From NCBI RefSeq assembly GCF_001194135.2, contig NC_068981.1, forward strand, positions 143,315,128-143,364,560: a stretch of 49,433 nucleotides of DNA, given 5' to 3'. The DNA is from Octopus bimaculoides. Taxonomy: Eukaryota. A model generated the notes under the pieces. The model saw only the letters and a program-made list of their open reading frames with translations. It searched no databases and had not been told where the DNA came from. The translations under genes and the position numbers were made by a program. Of this stretch, positions 1-12,025 are shown piece after piece (positions within the stretch are counted from its first letter, which is position 1; each line of letters starts with the position of its first letter).

Positions 1-3000
1 CTTTAGAATACGCGGATGACAAGACATTTAAAAAACATCCTATAGAGAGGCATACATCCATATTTAAAATTTCAGCGCGATCAGATGAACAATGCCAGTG
101 TTAATAGCGCACAAAAAACAGACAGAACGGGAGTTATATAATAGATATAATGTGTGTGTGTGCGTGTGTGTGCGTGTGTGTGCGTGTGCGTGTATGTAAG
201 TGTACGTATGTATATTATGTATGTATATATGTACTTATGCATGTATGTATTTTATTTAAATTCTTAAGAAAGTTCAAACCGGTCCCTAACAAAACAGCAA
301 GACATCTTGTGTTTTGAGAATTTCCACTGCTTGTAAATACGTGACTGATTTTTTATGTTGTTTGAACAGTGTGTGCTTGTAGTCGTCTAAAGAGTTTTAG
401 ATGTACAATGTTTGGAATATTTTCCAAAACCCTCACTGTGCTTCTTATGAAATAAATTTGGATTTATGCATTTAAGTTTCTTATCCTCTTTCTTCCGAAA
501 ACTCAGTGTTTATAGGTTTTAGTGTAAATCTGTAGGTACGTAGCATAATGCTACGATAATAGGTACAAATGCAAAACTATAGTTAACGCAATGTATGTAT
601 GCATGTATGTATGCATCCATGCAAGCATGTATGTACTTATGCATGCCTGCATGTATTTTTTTGTATGCTTGTAGGCGTGTATGCATGTAAGCTTGTATTT
701 GTATGTGTACATGTATCTGCATGAGTTCTTTCCGAATACACTTCATGATAACATAACAAGGCACATTATAGATGTGTGCGTGAGTGTGAAGACGCTTTTG
801 TGTGTGGGTGTGTGTGTATGTGTGTGTTTGTGTGTGTCTATGCATATATAAATATGTATGTATGTATGTATGTTTGCATGTGCATACATATATGAGATTG
901 GATGATATGAAAACGGGAGAATAGTGCTCAAGTTATGCACTAGACCTTCTNNNNNNNNNNNNNNNNNNNNNNNNNNNNNNNNNNNNNNNNNNNNNNNNNN
1001 NNNNNNNNNNNNNNNNNNNNNNNNNNNNNNNNNNNNNNNNNNNNNNNNNNNNNNNNNNNNNNNNNNNNNNNNNNNNNNNNNNNNNNNNNNNNNNNNNNNN
1101 NNNNNNNNNNNNNNNNNNNNNNNNNNNNNNNNNNNNNNNNNNNNNNNNNNNNNNNNNNNNNNNNNNNNNNNNNNNNNNNNNNNNNNNNNNNNNNNNNNNN
1201 NNNNNNNNNNNNNNNNNNNNNNNNNNNNNNNNNNNNNNNNNNNNNNNNNNNNNNNNNNNNNNNNNNNNNNNNNNNNNNNNNNNNNNNNNNNNNNNNNNNN
1301 NNNNNNNNNNNNNNNNNNNNNNNNNNNNNNNNNNNNNNNNNNNNNNNNNNNNNNNNNNNNNNNNNNNNNNNNNNNNNNNNNNNNNNNNNNNNNNNNNNNN
1401 NNNNNNNNNNNNNNNNNNNNNNNNNNNNNNNNNNNNNNNNNNNNNNNNNNNNNNNNNNNNNNNNNNNNNNNNNNNNNNNNNNNNNNNNNNNNCCTACACA
1501 CACACATATGACATACTTATATGTGTATATACACACAAAAGCAATAGATAAGGTAATTTTCCTATCTTATCAATTCACCATAATCTCACTGATATTCCTT
1601 CTTAAATCTCTTAAGGGGTATTACTCTTCATTTTCTTGTCCTTGCTACCTAAGCCATAATCCTTTCTCTTTTAAACACTCGTCTCTAGTATCACACAGAA
1701 CTTCCAAATCAGCAGTTTTCTGGCGCCATTTACAATTCTAGAATTCTTATTCATCGTACGTCGCCAATCGGAAAGCTTTCTTATAAAATCTCTCAATGTA
1801 CAACCAAAGGTGTTTTTTTTTTCGTGTTTTTGTTTTTTATTATTATATACTTACCTCTGTATATCAAGCGATGATGGGTTTTAGGGAGACATATTTACTT
1901 ATTTATCTGTGTATTCTATATATTTATTCGTTGCGTATCTTCGAGTTTATTGCTTCGCTTCAAAGAAACTGAATATCCATGATTTATTTGCCTATACACA
2001 ACACCCCATCTACTAAGACAAACAATCTATAAAAATATAAAAGTTGGAAGATGCTTTACTCTCTAACTTTTGGTATTGTCACCACATTAGCGGGCTATAC
2101 AAGACTGCCTTGTCATTGAATTCTTCAGATTTCAAAAAAGAAATTAAACCAATAATATAAATACAAGCATAAACAAGATAAAGCGATAATATATATTACC
2201 AGATGTTTCCTCTGATTTATATTTTCCTGTCTCCCATTTGCTTTTCTCTACTCCTACTTCCTCTCTGTATATATCTGTCTGTGATACTAAGCATTTCTTT
2301 CCATGTATTTATATATTTATGGTTTTATCTTTTCTTTTGTTTTGATCGTACTTTATTTTACCGTTATCTGTTTTATTTTTTCCACATCTTCTAGCTATAA
2401 CTCTTCTTTGTTTCATGCCTTACTTAATTTATTTATTTCTTCTTTTCTCTGTTCATTTCTTCCCCTCTCTCTGTTTTGTATTTATTTTCCATTCTTTCAT
2501 TAATCCTTTATACATAATTTATATCCCATGCTTCTCTCCTTCCTATTCTAATTGCTTTTCTCTCCAGTTCTTCTCACCTTTACTCAAATTATTGCTTCTT
2601 TAAATTAGTGTTGGCCTCTACCAACAGCAGCTTTACAGTAGTGCTAAAATTCGAAGCGAAAAATCAAAGCACTACAATATGTTATTGATGATGTACTTAG
2701 TTCAATACTTGGAATTCTGAAGCGTTACCAAATATCTGACGGTAAATTCAGTGCATTAAACCTAAGGAATAACAGAACACTAACACTGAATTGCATTTGG
2801 TTAGCTTGAAATTTTCAGTGTAAGACGTTTCACATTTAAACTCAATTTAAAGAATTTTTCATGTCAGGCTAGTTTGATTTATTATCTATTCTGAGGCTAA
2901 CTATTAAACAAGAATGAATATTTAATCAGAACATATTTTGTAATGTAGAATTACATTACAAAATATGTTCTGATGTTTTCAAGATTACAATTCAAGATCA

Positions 3001-3936
3001 AAACGGAAACAAATTCAAGTCTCTGTTATTGACCTAATTCTACTGTTTAAACCAAAATTACAACAGCCATACAAACGGAGCATCATGGGTCCAACACTGA
3101 TGAATTCACCTTGAGTAGGCGGGAATGTTCGTTTTCCCAGTAAGAATATTGTCAAACTGGCAAGAGAAAGGAAGAGAATGCGAAATCACTACTCTGCAAG
3201 GAAGATGTTCATGCTCTGTTTTTGGACGGGGGTGTGATGTGTATCATTTTTCATATGGTGTTTGGCGAGAAGTTTCTTTATATCAAAATACCCTTTTTTT
3301 CATCTCTCTATTCTTCATATATAAGTTTTTCTTTCCCTTGTAACCATATCTCTCAGCTGTATATTACCAATAATGTCTTCTAATTATTCAGTTTCATCTC
3401 TCTTACTCTTAGCTCACTCTTCCAACACCTGAACCGCCAGGAAATTTTTTCAACTATGTTGAATATAGTTATCCTTCTTCACCTCTCTCTGCAATCATAA
3501 TCCTCAGTGACAATGATTCATATTAATATCGTTAGAGCTTGTGCTACATTGGAACTTTTTTGAAACATTTGATCAAATTACTAGTCTCCTGTATCTGTCC
3601 CCTTCACCGACACGTATTTTCAAGCCATGTTATTTCAATTACCACATGAACACCTAGTCTTTAGGCTGAAAATATTGCCATTGCACCTAATGCATCAATT
3701 GATCACTTCCTCATAGGAGGACGTAAACTGGCAATAGACATAAGTCAATGCAGTTGCGTGTCGCAATCGTATAAAGGCATCGAAATTCTTGTTACTTTGA
3801 CCTCAACTGTAAACAACAATATTTTCTTAGATTTGTCTTTTATAAATTTTCCTTTTATAGTCAACAAATGTTGAAGATATCACTTCAATATATCTTTGAA
3901 GAAGTATATATATATATATATCTTTAAAGAGATATA

Positions 3937-4084
3937 CGCAGGGGTGGCTGTATGGTAAGTAGCTTGCTAACCAGCTACATGGTTCCGGGTTTAGTCTCAC
4001 TGCATGGCACCTTGGTCAAGTGTCTTCTAATTTAGCCTGTGGTCGACCAAAGACTTGTGAGTGGATTTGTTAGAAGGAAACTGA
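3937..4084 (+). mobile_element. tRNA-headed SINE family A, 5' head; body interrupted by a PLE fragment
   Basis: GGCTGTATGGTAAGTAGCTTGC...GGTTCCGGGTTTAGTCTCAC (A-box/B-box-like), then GACTTGTGAGTGGATTTGTTAGAAGGAAACTGA. Homologous heads at 7433-7597 (-), 17092-17295 (-) and 18549-18666 (+). Confidence 0.8.
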
Positions 4085-4087
4085 TGC

Positions 4088-5188
4088 TCGTCAGCATCTC
4101 CTGCTCTTTCTGTCCTTCCCTATACATCGGGCAAACAGGATGCCACTTGGCTGACCAGTTCGCGGAACATCTCCGAGACATCCAACTCGACAATGACACC
4201 CCAGTCTCGCGCCATTTCCACTCTACGGTCACTCTTTGCAACACCTGTCCGTGTTCGGATTGTCCTTGTGAACAGGGATTAATCTTCTCTCTTCGCTCCT
4301 TTGCGCCACATGGACTCACCTCTCCTCTCCTCTTCATCTAACATACTCCNNNNNNNNNNNNNNNNNNNNNNNNNNNNNNNNNNNNNNNNNNNNNNNNNNN
4401 NNNNNNNNNNNNNNNNNNNNNNNNNNNNNNNNNNNNNNNNNNNNNNNNNNNNNNNNNNNNNNNNNNNNNNNNNNNNNNNNNNNNNNNNNNNNNNNNNNNN
4501 NNNNNNNNNNNNNNNNNNNNNNNNNNNNNNNNNNNNNNNNNNNNNNNNNNNNNNNNNNNNNNNNNNNNNNNNNNNNNNNNNNNNNNNNNNNNNNNNNNNN
4601 NNNNNNNNNNNNNNNNNNNNNNNNNNNNNNNNNNNNNNNNNNNNNNNNNNNNNNNNNNNNNNNNNNNNNNNNNNNNNNNNNNNNNNNNNNNNNNNNNNNN
4701 NNNNNNNNNNNNNNNNNNNNNNNNNNNNNNNNNNNNNNNNNNNNNCAAACACCATCACACCATACCACACAGCACATCACATCACACAACCACGCACACA
4801 CTAGCACTAACCACTTCCCAGCCCCACGACTTCACACCTACACAATACACACATGCACACATCAAGGTCACCAGCCCTTTTCCACACGCACACACATACT
4901 CTCTAATAGACACGCACGCGCACCTTTGTTTTGGGATCATCACTACTTTATTATCTCCCCTTCTCCCTAGCTCTCCTGTGTGACCCTTCTCTCCGGCATT
5001 CGCCAAGATAAATCGCTAGTCACTACACATTCTTTATTTCCTCTCCTTGTTTCTTTCTGTGTCCCTTTCTGTGAAAGAGCGTAGGCTCGAAACGTTAAAG
5101 ACCTTTTCCCTTCCCGAGCTTTAAACTAATACATCTGTTTGTTGTCTACACCACCTGTCTTCGTCTTTTGTTTTTTTGTGAATTTTCC

Positions 5189-5190
<2 letters not shown>
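4088..5190 (+). mobile_element. Penelope-like retroelement 3' fragment: GIY-YIG endonuclease C-terminus plus terminal region (spans an N gap)
   Basis: Translation SCSFCPSLYIGQTGCHLADQFAEHLRDI...PVSRHF...EQGLIFSLRSFAPHGL matches the PLE GIY-YIG pattern (YIGQT...EH...HF). The end of the ORF and the 4900-5190 tail match the reverse complement of 20706-21496. Confidence 0.85.
5065..5100 (+). ncRNA. Candidate minimal hammerhead-ribozyme-like motif in a PLE tail (degenerate)
   Basis: CUUU-CUGUGAA-A-GAGC(GUAG)GCUC-GAAACGU-U-AAAG: stem I, core, stem II, GAAA, palindromic ACGU, cleavage-site position, stem I partner. Confidence 0.5.
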
Positions 5191-5226
<36 letters not shown>

Positions 5227-5231
5227 GTATG

Positions 5232-5435
5232 TGTGTTCGTGTCTGTGTCCGCGCCAACATCGCTTGACAACATATGCTGGTGTGTTTACTTTCCTGTAAC
5301 TTCGCAGTTCGGCAAAAAGGACTAACAAAATAAGTAATAAGCTTACAAAGAACAAGTCCTGGGGTCGATTTGCTCGAGTAAAGGTGGTGCTCCAGCATGA
5401 CGAGTCAAAATGACTGAAACAAGTAAAAGAAAAAA
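5232..5435 (+). mobile_element. SINE family A, 3' body and tail
   Basis: CATCGCTTGACAAC...TGTAACTTCGCAGTTCGGC...GGGGTCGATTTGCTCG...GGTGCTCCAGCATG...TGACTGAAACAAGTAAAAG. Homologous to the reverse complement of 15884-16085. Confidence 0.75.
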
Positions 5436-7081
5436 AGAATTAAAGAATAAATGTTGCTAAGTGTTAAACCTACGACCGACCAATTATGGCAGTTTCAGTT
5501 AAAGATTTAGCTCTTTTCCATATCGTACACTTCGGTCGTTCTTTCTGTATAACAATATCTATGAACCCACAAACATGATAATTATCCCCACCATAGCTTT
5601 GAGCAACAATTTTCACACTAGTCGCGGAAGTCTTATTCCAATCACTTTCACTGACCTATCACTTTCACTACTCCTATCACTTTCACTGTCTTTTGGTCGC
5701 CCAAATTCCTACTGAGGGGATAAAATCCACTGTTTCTCATTCATCGTCCGTGTATCGTTGTTATCCACTTACGACGTTGAGTCACCGTGAAGCGAGACCT
5801 GCAATACATCCTCGGACAAAGATGTGAATTACAGTCTTCCGTAACATTGCAAAAAAACAATTCTTGCTCATATATCGGAAACATTCTAGTAGCAACATAT
5901 AAACTATTGTTTAAAATATATTTTACACAAAGAGACGTACTATTTCTTCTACTTTCACTTTTCGACAACGAATAAATGGGACACTGCTGCAACTAACTGG
6001 TTCAGATATGTACACTTTCATACAAGCATTTCCACTTGCGTCACACTTCCATAGCGTACATCAAAATACCTCATTAAAAATTATGTGTACTTATTCTAAC
6101 TCAAATTCATTTTTTATTCTTTTAAATTTAGTTCCAGCCCATATTTGTGTTGTAGGGATCAAATATCGGGCCTTCGAATTAGATATCTGGTCTACGCCAT
6201 ACTGGTCTACGCCATTAATAAGTCGCTCAAATACTATGGACATCCATTTTTCCTCTGAATAATAAAACTAATACACACATACACACACGTATGTATATAT
6301 GTATGTGTATAGAAATATATACTTTATGAAAGTAATTTATTGTTCTATTTTCTTTGCAAAAGTATCTTAACACGCATATATGGGCATACATTAGTGACAA
6401 GAAGACAAATCAATCAACATCCTCCACCCTCACAATCATCGATCCTGTTATCCAGCCATTCATCCATTACTCTAATATCCTCTGCACATATCCACTTACG
6501 AAAATATCTCAGTTGCCTAGACACATAGTTAATACGTCAAGCAGATTTTTCATAATCGCATTATTTAACGTATTTTCAGCCTTCTGGCTGATTATTCATT
6601 TTCGGTTGCACGTCTATTCTAGGATATCAATGTCGAATTGTTGCTCGGAGACAGAAAATCTTCCGGTTTAGCAAGCTATCTTCATTGACGATGCTACAAC
6701 TTTAGTAGGAATGGTCCACACGCGTCTTGTCAAATTGAATCGAGCAGCAAAACAGAGGTTCACAATAGTTTTGCAATGCAATATCATGTTACATCTTCTT
6801 AATTAGAATAGATTAATCTGATGGAACCGTTTCATATTTCTTTCTTTTAAAACATTATATTGACTATTTGTGATGGTGGTGACTGGATTATATGACACGT
6901 ATGCTGAACGTCCAATCTTTATTCTTCTTGAGTATAGGTCTGTGTGTGCGTTAACAATGCACTCCATAAGTAAAGGAGCATTTAACTTTGATTTCTAATT
7001 CAAAAACTAAAGGGTATGATAGACACACACACACATATATTTATATATGTATATATACATGCACTTACGTATATATTATGT

Positions 7082-7083
7082 AG

Positions 7084-7135
<52 letters not shown>
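7082..7135. repeat. (GATA)n microsatellite
   Basis: Direct reading of tandem GATA units. Confidence 0.95.
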
Positions 7136-7136
<1 letters not shown>

Positions 7137-7432
7137 TATACATACATACATATATACTTACGTGCATACACACACACACACATAAATATACATNNNNNNN
7201 NNNNNNNNNNNNNNNNNNNNNNNNNNNNNNNNNNNNNNNNNNNNNNNNNNNNNNNNNNNNNNNNNNNNNNNNNNNNNNNNNNNNNNNNNNNNNNNNNNNN
7301 NNNNNNNNNNNNNNNNNNNNNNNNNNNNNNNNNNNNNNNNNNNNNNNNNNNNNNNNNNNNNNNNNNNNNNNNNNNNNNNNNNNNNNNNNNNNNNNNNNCA
7401 CACATATATATATCTATATATATATACATATA

Positions 7433-7597
7433 TACGACGGTCTACTTTCGGTTTCCGTCTACCAAATCCACTCACAAGGCTTTTGTCGGCCCGAAGCTAT
7501 AGCTGAAGACACTTGCCCAAGTTGCAACGCAGCGGGACGGAACCCGGAACCATGTGGTTGGTAGGCAAGCTACTTACCACAGAGCCACTCCTACGCC
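7433..7597 (-). mobile_element. SINE family A, 5' head
   Basis: Reverse complement reads GGCTCTGTGGTAAGTAGCTTGCCTACCAACCACATGGTTCCGGGTTCCGTCCC...GTGAGTGGATTTGGTAGACGGAAACCGAAAG, the same family as 3937-4084. Confidence 0.8.
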
Positions 7598-9540
7598 TAT
7601 ACTTCTATACTTACCACACAGATATACGTATACATTCTATACTATATTATATTATATTACATCATATATATGCTCGTATCTAGTGCCAAATGAAGTATAT
7701 GAGCTACTATAATTTTAGGCTCTTAAAATATGTTTAGTGAGGTTTTGCGACCAGGCAGGTTTTCCTACATAACACCATGATATGAATTGCTGCAGCGGTG
7801 AGATTCTTTTTTCCAATAAATTTAGGAACACACAGTGAGCTTAATATCAAATTCAAATCAAAATAAAATGTTAACATAAATATAGATAGAAGCTTATACA
7901 ATTCCTCAGGCATGTAATATGTTACCTAATCAGAAGTCTCATTGCAATATTTCAGATATGACTGAGAGTCCAGAGGTGTCCGGTTCCATCCCACTATGCG
8001 CCAAATTAACAAGTACATTTACTCGCTGGTCGACCCAAGCTTAGTGAGTGAAACTAGGTTGATAAAAATTATGCAAATTCGTCACATACATTGTACTGGT
8101 AATTAAAAATGATCTGTCACAAGGATACTTTTTACTTCAGAACTTATATCAATCGAACACGTGCCTGTGTAATACCCACACACTTCGCACGTATATCCAA
8201 CAGTCACTTTGCTGATTTGCAAACAAATAACACTTGCAATATATGACATCTTCAGTCTCTAACCTAGGCTGTATGGTTTAGATCACTTGAAATTCTTATA
8301 TGAATTTGGTTGATGGTAATATTGAGTATGCAGTAGATTAATATAGACATTTTATTTAATTTACACTGCACATCTCTAAGAATAAAAATTGCTCACCGAG
8401 AGAGTTTCAACGATGTCTATTTATCAGTCTACTAGAAAAAAATACAGCTACATTCCCTGTACAATACACCCATTATTTTATAAATTGAATGACCAAACAC
8501 TCACGGCAGTGCTTAGGAGTCAAACTTTGTCAACTTTAACTCCGCCACAGCTACACTTTTACATATTTTCTTTAATTAAAGTTTTCAACAAATCAAATTT
8601 GGCTCTTCCCATTGTTGAATTTCATTTAAATAAAAGCTCTTAAGATTAGTCTAATTCTGTAAATCTCGTAAAAGTTGCAGTAAAAAAATCTTATGAAGCA
8701 GAATGGTAGCCAAATCGGAAGATGAGTAACACCTGGTATTGCGTTTAAAGCATCATTTCCCTGCTACATTACAACAATAATTAACGTAATAAGAGATCTA
8801 AACGAGAGGAGTCTTAAACTGAAAACATTATCAAAATTGTTAATACCAAAATAAAATTGTTGACATAAAATTTTATTAGTCAAAAATTCGGTCAAATGTC
8901 ATTACAATTTTTTCCCACTAAAGCAAAGTATATGGAGCAAACAAGTGACCAAATTCGAGGGTGATTACTTATAAATTTCATGGTCTTCGAATCCTTTTCA
9001 ATAAAGTTCAATAAAAGAGAAGACGGCTAGTGTTGAGCTCGCTCCGATATTTCAACGGTTTCGGTACAGTTCCAGATTCAGCTTGGTTCAGGAATAAGTG
9101 TGTAAAATGCATATTTGTTAGAGATTAATGTTGCATAAGCTAAAAAAAATTTTTGAATATTTTAAAATATTGTATAATTAATATATGTTATATAGATAGT
9201 GAATTTTGCATGCCAACACCTACTTCTTAAGCGCAACATTTTGACGAAAGAAATAAGGATTTGGTGCAATCGATATCCTCATTTGTCATTCAAATACCAC
9301 GTTTCTTTGAGAATAAGACTATTCTTAGATTTAAATCACATTTATACCATTTTAATCTCTGTAAATCATACTTGTCACGCGCAGTTTTCAAAGTAGTATT
9401 TATTTTTGTTAGGTCAAGCATTGCTGAATATGTATTTCTTTACAAGAAATTATGAGGAATCCTCAATACAAATCTTCAATAAAATAGTATATGTGACTGC
9501 TTACAACCAAGAACAGGTCCTAGTATTACATTGGTTTCGA

Positions 9541-9660
9541 ATTTTGGCACAAAGCCAGTAATACCGTAGGAGAGAGTATGTTGATTACATCAATCTCAAT
9601 GATCAATTGATGCATACTTCTACCTGGTGTGCAAACGATTCTGCGAGCACGCCGCCTTAA
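9541..9660 (-). mobile_element. SINE family C, degenerate, internally deleted copy
   Basis: TTTTGGCACAAAGCCAG...GATTACATC...GCAAACGATTCTGC...CGCCTTA motifs are shared with 28575-28765, 32555-32750, 34575-34755 and 44935-45110. Confidence 0.55.
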
Positions 9661-11994
9661 GTTCCCAGCATTATATTCAGAGATATTAACGTATTATATC
9701 AAAATTTGATAAATTAATAAAATTTGGCATCAAAGATTTTTCATGGTAAAACTTATCATTTGAAATATATTTTTATTTCAACTTAGATGGTTTTAAGAAT
9801 AATAAATTTTCAATTCAAGATGTCTTTGAACTTAAAAACTATCCTAAGAATGTTTTTGTAGTATATTAAACTTTTATAAAAACTAATTTTGTATTGTTTT
9901 AATTCGTTGGGATTGTTTTTTAAATTGCTTACGTTGGTCTTTATTTACTTTCATTTTTCTATCACTCTCCGTACGATCATCATTTACGGAGTTGGCAAGT
10001 ACAGAAATACCCTTCAAGCATCATTGGGAGTTTCTGTATGACAACATCCAAGCTATCACTAAGCTTGCAATCCAATGCTTGCTTTCTTATGCTAGCGTCA
10101 AGAACATTTAGAACCTGATCTATGGAAAGATCTATAGTGTCCTTAAGGTGCTTCTCGAGAACGTGAACATTATAAGAGGATTTATGCCTCAATCTGATCG
10201 ACTCATATTTTCTCTGCAGCATTCTGACTCACATCAACCAATTCATCTTCTGCTAATTTTATTCTGATTTTTCTCCTTCATCACTACTTCTCAACTTCTA
10301 AAACTTAATTTTTGACTATGGTTTAAACATTTGGAAAAAGATTTAGTGTTAATCTTTTTAAGCGTTTCTCGCAATAACATGTATCATTTTGATTTTGAAA
10401 GTGTTGTCTTTAAAGCGAGAACTGGAACCAAAAAATGCGGTCGTTGGAGTAACTGCAGCAATAAACTAAAGCTGAAAATATACGACGATAAAAAATGATG
10501 GCTTCAAAATATTGCTGCTGAATCAGGATTTGAATTTGATTATGTCTTTAGAGAAAAAAATTGGGGAAATGTTTGAGTGAGAACTACAGTCTCCCTTGTC
10601 AGAATATTGTTAACTTTATGAAATAGAAAGAGTCAATTTCTAACTACCCCCAGCACATTCCTCGATACATGTCTAATTACGAGCGCAGGTAATGGCTTCT
10701 GCGGAGCGGAGTCTGAGATAGTTTCTACATTTTAGGGAAAAGAGGTTTTATAGAAGCTACAAGTGTGGCGATTAGAATTCTTTCTATGTATTAAGAGCAA
10801 AAGCATGTTGAATTTTCAGAGATCTATGGGTGTAGGGTCTTAGCACATTTTCATTAGTGGGGAAAGCAGAACACTTAAAACTGTGAAACCATTTTCTCGC
10901 ATCATTTTTTTTAGCGGAATACTCTCTACTCTCTTTTCGATTGTTACTAACCAAATTGAAGTGCATCATAGTCGCTTTTACCCACCTGTTGAGCGGATAT
11001 GCTTGTACGCTTAAATGACACCTCCGCTATAGTTGGAAAAGTATGAGAAATAGAGTTGAATTTTTTCTTCAACTTTAGAAGACAGGATACATATTCGTCA
11101 TATACGTGTGATTCAGCTTCTTCCTATCATATACAATATCTTATATTATAAAGTGTAGATATTGGCGGTTCCATATATAGGAGGATTTAGAATATGAAGA
11201 AGAGTAGAATTTCTTCTATTTGAATGAAAATGCGAACAGCAAATGCTTTGTTGTATTTCAATCCCGATTTGAGATGCAATCTTTTTAAGCTTTCACATTT
11301 TCTGTATTTTTCTTGGTACTCTTATTAAAGTGTATCACTCTTGTGCCCATATTTTCCACGTTATTTTCCATGCAATTCCCATGAATGTCATGGAGCACAA
11401 ATCTGCTTGGTTAGAGATGGCATGGTTTAAATCATGATCAGTGATAACGAAATCGTCCTCAGAAGTGTCATAATAACTATTTAGACATTCATCTGCAATA
11501 ATATTGTATGTTTTGTTTTGTATATCGCGCTGACTTTAGATAGCAAATGGTCTGTATAGGTTAATCATTGGTTTATTCACGTTGAAAAAAGAATTGAACG
11601 ATACCCTGTTAAAGTGGAGAGAAAACGAAGTATGATCAAGAGAAGAGATTGTGAGTTGTAAACTTTAAATAAGAAATGTGGAAATAAGAAAATATTGAAA
11701 GTAGGATTAAAATAAAAATAGAAAAATAGTCAAATTGAAAATGAAATTTAAATGGATATGGTAATTAATGTCAACAGATTGAGGAAATTTTAACATTCTG
11801 TGTCAGCCAAACGTTAACAGAAGAATGAAAACCAAAATCAAAAACCTCAAGATAAAAGGGAAGCAAATTAATAAAAAAAATTATGATGCAATTATATAGC
11901 ATACTCAGGCTGGAAACAAAATCTTGAGTTTAAAAAGAATTATCAAAAGAGACTGAATGGCTCCTTATACACACATACACACATACACACACAC

Positions 11995-12025
<31 letters not shown>

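Noticed and set aside
1-150. Possible Helitron/HINE-like 3' end (AAAATTTCAGCGCGATCAGATGAAC...ACAGACAG...TATATAATAGAT)
   Set aside because: The resemblance is from memory only; there is one copy, truncated by the window edge.
743-1536. Long ORFs spanning N runs (also at 4.3, 20.4, 29.1 and 47-48 kb)
   Set aside because: Artefacts of translating assembly gaps as X.
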